Below are positions 9,183-14,325 of a stretch of DNA of 14,325 nt, one piece after another; the first letter of the stretch is position 1; each line of letters opens with the position of its first letter. A program made the position numbers and the translations under genes. Below the pieces are notes generated by a model. It worked only from the letters and a program-made list of their open reading frames with translations. It made no database searches and had not been told where the DNA came from. Source of the stretch: an uncultured Janthinobacterium sp. (GTDB lineage Bacteria; Vulcanimicrobiota; Vulcanimicrobiia; Vulcanimicrobiales; Vulcanimicrobiaceae); the NCBI GenBank assembly GCA_964658025.1, contig CAZZXB010000077.1:1-14325 (forward strand). The letters are read 5' to 3'.

Positions 9183-10149
9183 GGACGGGCACCCCGCGCG
9201 CGCCCGTGAACGGCGTCGCCGCGAGATCCCAGAACGTTTCGCGCTCGAACCCGCGCACGACGCGGCAGACGCGCGTCGCCTCGATCGCGCCGATCGGCGC
9301 GCACGCGAGATCGCGCGCGCGAAACCGCGCGACGATCGCGTCGACGTGCTGCGGCGGCGCCGAGAGGAGAAAGCCGTAACTCGGAAAGCACGCGAGCCAG
9401 CGCTCGAGATCGCCGTCTGCGGGTCGCGGGATCGCATCGAGGTCGATCGTCGCGCCGACGTGCGAACATTCGAGCAACATCAGCAACGTGCCGAGCAAGC
9501 CCGCCATGCTGACGTCTTTGGCCGCACCGCAGAGCCGCGCTTCCGCGATCTCCGGCAAGAGTTCGAGATCGGCGCGGAGTCGCGCGGGGGGCGCGCCCGT
9601 CGTCGCGTTCCAATACGGGTACGGTTCGACGTACGCGCCGCGCAGGTCGACGATCGAGAGCACGACGTCGCCCGGACGCGCGTCGAAACTCGTGAGCAAG
9701 CGCTTCGCGCGCCCGAGGATCGCGACCGCGAGCCGTTCGCCCTCCGCGCGCGCGTTCGTATGGCCGCCGACGATCGGCACGCCGAACGTCCGCGACGCCT
9801 CGCGCATGCCGGCGAAGATCGCCTCGCCGCGCGCGCGATCGCGCGTCCAGAGCGCGTCGACGACGGCGGTCGGTCGGCCGCCCATCGCCGCCACGTCGCT
9901 CACGTTGACCATCACGCCCGAGAAGCCCGCGAACCACGGCTCGCGCGCGACGAACGTCTCGAGTAACCCCTCGATGGCGAAGAGCGCGAAGCCGTCGCCG
10001 TCGGGGAGCGCCGCGCAGTCGTCGCCGACGTCGCACGGGAGATCGAGGCCCGCGCAGCCGTCGTAGGCGAGCGCGATATCGGTCTTCTGTTGCATTCCGG
10101 TGCCCGAACGCAACCGTTCGCAGAGCGCGGCGAGCGAGGGGACGATCAC
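9175..10149 (-). CDS. nitF: Sll0787 family AIR synthase-like protein (PurM/ThiL/SelD/HypE superfamily; Nit1C NitF)
   Basis: Motifs KTDI, VGDDCAAL, EPWFAGFSGVMVNVSDVAAMGGRP, VPIVGGHTN, AKDVSMAGLLGT and FPSYGFLL are present. The start is GTG 10149, overlapping the nitE stop (GTGA). Confidence 0.92.
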   Translation of the reverse strand: MIVPSLAALCERLRSGTGMQQKTDIALAYDGCAGLDLPCDVGDDCAALPDGDGFALFAIEGLLETFVAREPWFAGFSGVMVNVSDVAAMGGRPTAVVDALWTRDRARGEAIFAGMREASRTFGVPIVGGHTNARAEGERLAVAILGRAKRLLTSFDARPGDVVLSIVDLRGAYVEPYPYWNATTGAPPARLRADLELLPEIAEARLCGAAKDVSMAGLLGTLLMLLECSHVGATIDLDAIPRPADGDLERWLACFPSYGFLLSAPPQHVDAIVARFRARDLACAPIGAIEATRVCRVVRGFERETFWDLAATPFTGARGVPVRA

Positions 10150-10685
10150 GACGCGCGCGCGCGGATGACCGACACGGCGTCGTCGCTCTCCGAGCCGCCG
10201 TACGCGTCGAGATCGGCGCGCATCAGCACGTGCGGACGACCGTGGAGCATCAGGTCGTCGAGCGCGTCCCACGCCAATCGCCGGAAGAACGGAACGTTCT
10301 CGCGTTGCACGTGCGCGAGAAACGTCGCGCACCCGCGCGCGATCGCCGTCGAAACGGCGCGATGGACGAGGCCGCTCCCGAGCCCGTACACGTTGCGATA
10401 GCGCGCGTCGATCGCGAGCCGCGAACCGTACCACACGTTCGCGCCGGCCGCGTGGACGCGCACCGTTCCGACGACGCGGTGCGCCATGCCCATCACGTAA
10501 TCGACGGCGACGATCGCGAGCGCCGTCTCGTCGATCGCGTCGCGATCGTCGTGCGCGAAGATCCGTTGTTCCGTACAGAACACGTCGCGTCGCAGACGCG
10601 CCGATTCCGCGCGTTCCCAGGCCTCGGTCTCGCGTTTGATGCCGAACTGCGGCGGAACGAACGGACGATCGACGTGCGGGAACAC
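10146..10685 (-). CDS. nitE: MSMEG_0567/Sll0786 family GNAT N-acetyltransferase (Nit1C NitE)
   Basis: This is the 3' part of ORF 10146..11471: LRRDVFCTEQRIF..DDRDAID, VVGTVRVH, WYGSRLAI...YR...GLGSGLV (acetyl-CoA motif A), AVSTA...GC..FLAHVQ..NVPFF. The start is GTG 10685, sharing one base with the nitD stop (TAGTG). Confidence 0.9.
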   Translation of the reverse strand: MFPHVDRPFVPPQFGIKRETEAWERAESARLRRDVFCTEQRIFAHDDRDAIDETALAIVAVDYVMGMAHRVVGTVRVHAAGANVWYGSRLAIDARYRNVYGLGSGLVHRAVSTAIARGCATFLAHVQRENVPFFRRLAWDALDDLMLHGRPHVLMRADLDAYGGSESDDAVSVIRARAS

Positions 10686-11800
10686 TACGTCGTCTCGAAA
10701 ACCGAGAGCGTGGAACACGCACCGCATCGTCCGCAGCCGGCCTTGCTCTGCGCCGACGTGAGGCGCGCGTCTGCGAGCATCGCGCCGAGCGGTTCGAGTA
10801 ACGCCCGCATCCGCGCGGCGTCCGGCGGCGCGACGTGCTCGAGCGGCGTCCCGCCGATCGGAACGAGCGGAACGACGAACGGATACACGCCGAGCGTCAC
10901 GAGATCGCGACACGCCGCGAGGATCTCGTCGTCCGTATCGCCGAGCCCGGCGATCACGTACGTGCTCACCTGACCGCGCCCGAACACCTCGACCGCCGCC
11001 GCGAACGCGCGCAGGTAGTACGACACGGGAACCTTCGCCTTGCCCGGCATCGCGCGCGCGCGGACGTCGGGCGAGACCGCTTCGAGATGCATGCCGAGCG
11101 TGTCGACGCCGCTCGCGCGCAACCGCGCGAACCACGCGAAATCGTCCGGCGGTTCGCACTGACCCTGGATCGGCAGATCGACGGCGGCCTTGATCGCGGC
11201 CGCGCTCTCGCAGAGCACGGACGCGCCGCGATCGGTCGCGTTCGGCGTCCCCGTCGTCAGCACGGCGTGCTTCACGCCGTCGAGCAAGACCGCGGCGCGC
11301 GCGACTTCGGCGAGTTCTCCCGGCATCTTCCGCGCGACCGTGCGTCCGCCCGCGAGCGATTCGCCGATCGCGCAGAACTGACAACGCGTCGTGCGATTCG
11401 CGTAGCGGATGCAGTCTTGTAGGACGGTCGTCGCGAGGACGTCGCGTCCGTGGAGCGTCGCGATCTTCCAATACGGAATGCCGTCGAACGTCTGCATCGC
11501 GTAGAAGCGCGGTTGCGGCGGAAACGAGATCGACGCGACCGCGGTACCGTCGCGTTCGAGTATCGTCGGACCGTCGCCGGAACCGGCGCGCGCGACGTAG
11601 GGCGAACGCGACGCCGCATGCGTGTGCACGGGGACCATCACCGTGCGCCCGTCGACGGTTACCGCTTTGTGATCGGACGGCCCCGCGCCGCCGCGCCGAC
11701 TCGGCGCGCCGACGCTGGGATCATCGAGCCGTAGCCCAAGCGACTGGAGGTCGGAGATCAGGTTCCGCGTGCGCGTCGTCTGGAGATCGATGACCGTCAT
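10685..11800 (-). CDS. nitD: MSMEG_0568 family radical SAM protein (Nit1C NitD)
   Basis: Motifs [37 protein letters not shown] (Cx9Cx2C), [27 protein letters not shown] and C-terminal [10 protein letters not shown] are present. ATG 11800 has an SD (GAGGAA) upstream. Confidence 0.94.
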   Translation of the reverse strand: MTVIDLQTTRTRNLISDLQSLGLRLDDPSVGAPSRRGGAGPSDHKAVTVDGRTVMVPVHTHAASRSPYVARAGSGDGPTILERDGTAVASISFPPQPRFYAMQTFDGIPYWKIATLHGRDVLATTVLQDCIRYANRTTRCQFCAIGESLAGGRTVARKMPGELAEVARAAVLLDGVKHAVLTTGTPNATDRGASVLCESAAAIKAAVDLPIQGQCEPPDDFAWFARLRASGVDTLGMHLEAVSPDVRARAMPGKAKVPVSYYLRAFAAAVEVFGRGQVSTYVIAGLGDTDDEILAACRDLVTLGVYPFVVPLVPIGGTPLEHVAPPDAARMRALLEPLGAMLADARLTSAQSKAGCGRCGACSTLSVFETT

Positions 11801-12743
11801 GGCGTTCCTCATCTACGTCCTCGCACCGGACGTGCATCGCGCGCGCCGGGCGGAGATCGGCGAACAAACTCAAGAGTTCCGGACGCGCGTAATGACCGAC
11901 CGAATCCATCATGCGCTTGCGCTTCGTGACGAGCGCGAGATCGAGATCCGCGACGAGCATCCCCGCGCCCGACGTCAGCGGCGGCACGACGTGCCGTCCT
12001 TCGGGCGTGACGATCGCGGTACAACACCCGCCGCGGAGCGCGCCCTGTAACGGCCCCTCCGGCAGGATCGACGCGATCTGCGCTTCGTCGAGCCACGCGG
12101 TCGCGTTGACGACGAAGCAGCCCGCTTCGAGCGCGTGATGGCGGATCGTCACCTCCATCTGATCGGCGAAGATCTGGCCCACGAGCGAACCCGGGAACTG
12201 ACTGCAATGGATCGCTTCGTGTTGCGCCATGAGCGCGTAGCGCGCGAGCGGATTGTAGTGCTCCCAGCACGCGAGCGCGCCGACGCGTCCGACCGCGGTA
12301 TCGACGACGCGCAGCCCGCTTCCGTCGCCCATCCCCCAGACCATCCGCTCGTGATACGTCGGCGTGATCTTGCGTCGTGCCAGCACGAGCTCGCCCGTCG
12401 CGTCGAAGATCAACTGCGCGTTGTAGAGCGTGCCGCGATCGCGCTCGGTCACGCCGAGCACGACGACGACGCCGTGCGTCCGCGCGGACGCGGCGACGGC
12501 CTCGGTCTCGGGGCCGGGCACGACGACCGCGTTTTCGTACAGGCGCAGATGTTCGGGACCCATCTGGGCGGCCGGCGTGACGAACGAGAAGTACGGATAG
12601 TACGGCACGATCGTCTCGGGAAAGACGACGAGTTCCGCGCCGTCCTTCGCCGCATCGTCGATCGCCGCGAGCACGCGCTCCATCGTCCCGCCACAGCCGT
12701 GCAACACGGGACTGAGTTGCACCGCCGCGGCGCGGACGATCAC
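11721..12743 (-). CDS. nitC: Nit6803 family nitrilase (Nit1C NitC)
   Basis: The catalytic triad is Glu (VFPET, codon 12615-12617), Lys ([11 protein letters not shown], 12369-12371) and Cys (LACWEH, 12267-12269), and it has [18 protein letters not shown]. The start is GTG 12743, overlapping the nitB stop (GTGA). Confidence 0.95.
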   Translation of the reverse strand: MIVRAAAVQLSPVLHGCGGTMERVLAAIDDAAKDGAELVVFPETIVPYYPYFSFVTPAAQMGPEHLRLYENAVVVPGPETEAVAASARTHGVVVVLGVTERDRGTLYNAQLIFDATGELVLARRKITPTYHERMVWGMGDGSGLRVVDTAVGRVGALACWEHYNPLARYALMAQHEAIHCSQFPGSLVGQIFADQMEVTIRHHALEAGCFVVNATAWLDEAQIASILPEGPLQGALRGGCCTAIVTPEGRHVVPPLTSGAGMLVADLDLALVTKRKRMMDSVGHYARPELLSLFADLRPARAMHVRCEDVDEERHDGHRSPDDAHAEPDLRPPVAWATAR

Positions 12744-13222
12744 AGCGTCCAGGTGTCCAAGATGAACGATCCGGCCCTGCGATGGATGAGCGTGAGATCG
12801 AGCACGTCGAGCGGACTGATCGGCACGATACCCTCGATGAGCGACGGCTCGCCGTGGCCGTAGAGCGCCTGCAAGGCGAAGCGGCAACAGTAGACCTTCC
12901 CGCCCTCGCCCATGAACTTCTCGAGCTGTTTATTGAAATTCAAGTGGCCGGGGAACGCCTCGTCGCCGAGCGTCGGAAAGCCGCGCTGCACGCCGAGCGT
13001 CACGCCCGGGCCGTAGAGTAAGATCGTCGTCTCGAAGCCCTTGCGCAACAGACGCGTCGCCTGCAAGAGGTTGACGAGACCGATCGAGCCCTCGAAGGCG
13101 ACGGTGTGGAACGTGACGAGCGCTTTTTCGCCCGGCTCCGCCTTGACGTCTTCGAAAACTTTCTGCTCGTAGTCGACGAGAAAGTCGCCGATCTTGTGAT
13201 GGGGGTGCTCTACAACCGGCAT
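12740..13222 (-). CDS. nitB: MSMEG_0572/Sll0783 family protein (DsrE-like fold; Nit1C NitB)
   Basis: [51 protein letters not shown]...[16 protein letters not shown]...ILDTWTL matches the family as recalled. There is a strong SD (GAAAGGAAG) and it is the first gene of the operon. Confidence 0.94.
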   Translation of the reverse strand: MPVVEHPHHKIGDFLVDYEQKVFEDVKAEPGEKALVTFHTVAFEGSIGLVNLLQATRLLRKGFETTILLYGPGVTLGVQRGFPTLGDEAFPGHLNFNKQLEKFMGEGGKVYCCRFALQALYGHGEPSLIEGIVPISPLDVLDLTLIHRRAGSFILDTWTL

Positions 13223-13403
13223 GGGCTTCCTTTCAACGGGCGCGCGCCGCGCGTGTCGGACATCGGGTTACTCGTCGTCGGCCGCCCTTAGACGAGTGGA
13301 CGATGACGTGTGATTCCGGGCGCACGATGCTTGTGGTATGCGCTCGCCGGCAAGCATACGACGTCGCGCGCGGGCGAGATAGTCGCCGATACTAATACGT
13401 CCG
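13223..13403. promoter_or_regulatory. Divergent promoter region between the nit operon and the XRE-CZB regulator, containing inverted repeats
   Basis: This is a 181-bp gap between divergent starts. It contains ACTCGTC-N14-GACGAGT (13270-13297), ATGCTTG-N17-CAAGCAT (13327-13357), the overlapping GTATGC-N12-GCATAC (13336-13359) and TGTC-G-GACA (13254-13262). Confidence 0.6.
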
Positions 13404-14168
13404 ATGGAAGGGAGAACCACGATCGACTTGTCCATCGGGATAACGCCCCTCGACCGCGGTTCCGAAAGCGATCGTCGTCGTCGGCTCGGTGCGTTATTGC
13501 GCGAGAAGCGCGCCTCGATCGACCCCGCGTCGCTCGCGCTTCCGAACTTTCGGCGTCGCCGGATCCGCGGCTTACGCCGCGAAGAGGTCGCGTCGCTCGC
13601 CGGGATCAGCGTCGCGTGGTACACGCAGCTCGAATCGGGCGCCTCGATCACCGTGTCGACGAGCGTCCTCGCCCGGGTCGCCGACGTCTTGCGGCTCGAT
13701 ACGCGAGAGCGCGTCTATCTCTTCTCGCTCGGCATCGAAGAGATGGCGTTCTTCGAGCGCGCGTTTCCGGAGCTCGCGCCGAGATCCGGTCGCATCGAAG
13801 CCGAAACGTTCTCGCAAGAGATCGCGCTCGTACTCCGCGCGCATCGCGCGCTCAAGACGCAGATCTACGCCGGACTGTTGAATCGCAGGATCGACGATCT
13901 CGCACCGTGTCTCGACGAGTCGAGATGTCCGATCGGTCTGTGGTTGCACGACGATCTCGCCCCGGCGCTGCGTGCGACGCCGGGATACGCGCGCGCCGCG
14001 CGGATCCACGCGGCGTTCCATCGCGAGATCGAACGTGTCGTCTCGACGGCGTCGACGGGACGGGCCGCGGAGATCGAGTCGTTGCTCGCGGTAACCGGCC
14101 GATACGCGGTCGCGTCGCTCGCCCTCGAACGCACCTTCGCACGCTGGCCGACGGAGATCGCAGGGTAG
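13404..14168 (+). CDS. XRE-family (MmyB-type HTH) transcriptional regulator fused to a C-terminal CZB zinc-binding domain
   Basis: The N-terminal LGALLREKRASIDPASLAL...RRRRIRGLRREEVASLAGISVAWYTQLESG...ERVYLFSL is the MmyB/HTH_31-type DNA-binding domain. The C-terminal AH(147)RALK...RC(175)PIGLWL...PGY...IH(202)AAFH(206) matches the CZB pattern H...CxLGxW...HxxxH. An alternative start is TTG 13428. Confidence 0.85.
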   Translation: MEGRTTIDLSIGITPLDRGSESDRRRRLGALLREKRASIDPASLALPNFRRRRIRGLRREEVASLAGISVAWYTQLESGASITVSTSVLARVADVLRLDTRERVYLFSLGIEEMAFFERAFPELAPRSGRIEAETFSQEIALVLRAHRALKTQIYAGLLNRRIDDLAPCLDESRCPIGLWLHDDLAPALRATPGYARAARIHAAFHREIERVVSTASTGRAAEIESLLAVTGRYAVASLALERTFARWPTEIAG

Positions 14169-14325
14169 CCCCGACGGATCCGCCGTCCACGTGCGGAAAA
14201 GGTATCGTGAACGATCGGATCGTCGCTGCCGATCGGGCTATTAGCGAAAACCGCTGAGGGTTCGCGAGCATCGTGGAGCCCGATTGCGATCCTTCGAGCG
14301 CGATTCGCCCGGCAATCGAAACGCC

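Noticed and set aside
9175..10149. Calling NitF a true selenophosphate synthetase (selD), thiL, hypE or purM
   Set aside because: It lacks the SelD N-terminal Cys/Sec-Lys motif and the HypE C-terminal Cys. Sequence and context fit the Sll0787 family instead.
13309..13336. NtrC-like (GCAC-N7-GTGG) and CRP-like (TGTGA-N6-GCGCA) sites upstream of nitB
   Set aside because: The half-sites are mismatched and short GC-rich matches are expected by chance. No NtcA-type GTA-N8-TAC was found either.
13320..13348. Sigma54 (-24/-12) promoter-like strings GCGCACG-ATGC-TTGT and TGGTATGCGCTCGC
   Set aside because: The first lacks the invariant GG and GC. The second has GG-N9-GC rather than GG-N10-GC spacing.
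244..14271. Numerous long Arg/Ala-rich alternative-frame ORFs (e.g. 244..1161, 4601..6043, 4912..6393, 8732..10036, 13310..14257)
   Set aside because: They overlap well-supported genes in other frames or strands, carry no family motifs, and are expected from stop-codon scarcity at this GC content.
14230..14291. Fluoride-riboswitch-like pattern on the minus strand (AATCGGGCT...GCTAATAGCCCGATC)
   Set aside because: The conserved AUG and terminal CUAC nucleotides are altered, and there is no credible minus-strand gene downstream (it faces the convergent regulator).

Overview
This is a very GC- and CpG-rich bacterial window with about 15 credible CDSs; most other ORFs in the six-frame track are shadow frames. 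Positions ~6441-13222 (minus strand) hold a complete, tightly overlapping 8-gene Nit1C / MSMEG_0565-0572-type nitrilase operon. Its order is NitB (Sll0783/MSMEG_0572), Nit6803-type nitrilase NitC, radical SAM NitD, GNAT NitE, PurM/SelD/HypE-superfamily NitF, a MSMEG_0565-type glycosyltransferase, NitG (MSMEG_0570) and flavoprotein NitH (MSMEG_0569). The most unusual element is the divergently transcribed regulator at 13404-14168. It fuses an MmyB-type XRE helix-turn-helix to what looks like an intact CZB (chemoreceptor zinc-binding, 3His/1Cys) domain and sits where a sigma54 activator (NitA) is found in the characterised Pseudomonas cluster. Inverted repeats lie in the shared promoter region. 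Downstream on the minus strand are a small secreted 4-Cys protein, a DHA2 MFS transporter, ettA, a YbhB/YbcL (PEBP) protein and a DUF4386-like membrane protein. These converge on a plus-strand TonB-like Pro/Gly-rich membrane-anchored protein with an unrecognised C-terminal domain. No rRNA, tRNA, CRISPR array or mobile element was seen. All family calls come from recalled motifs; no database search was run.
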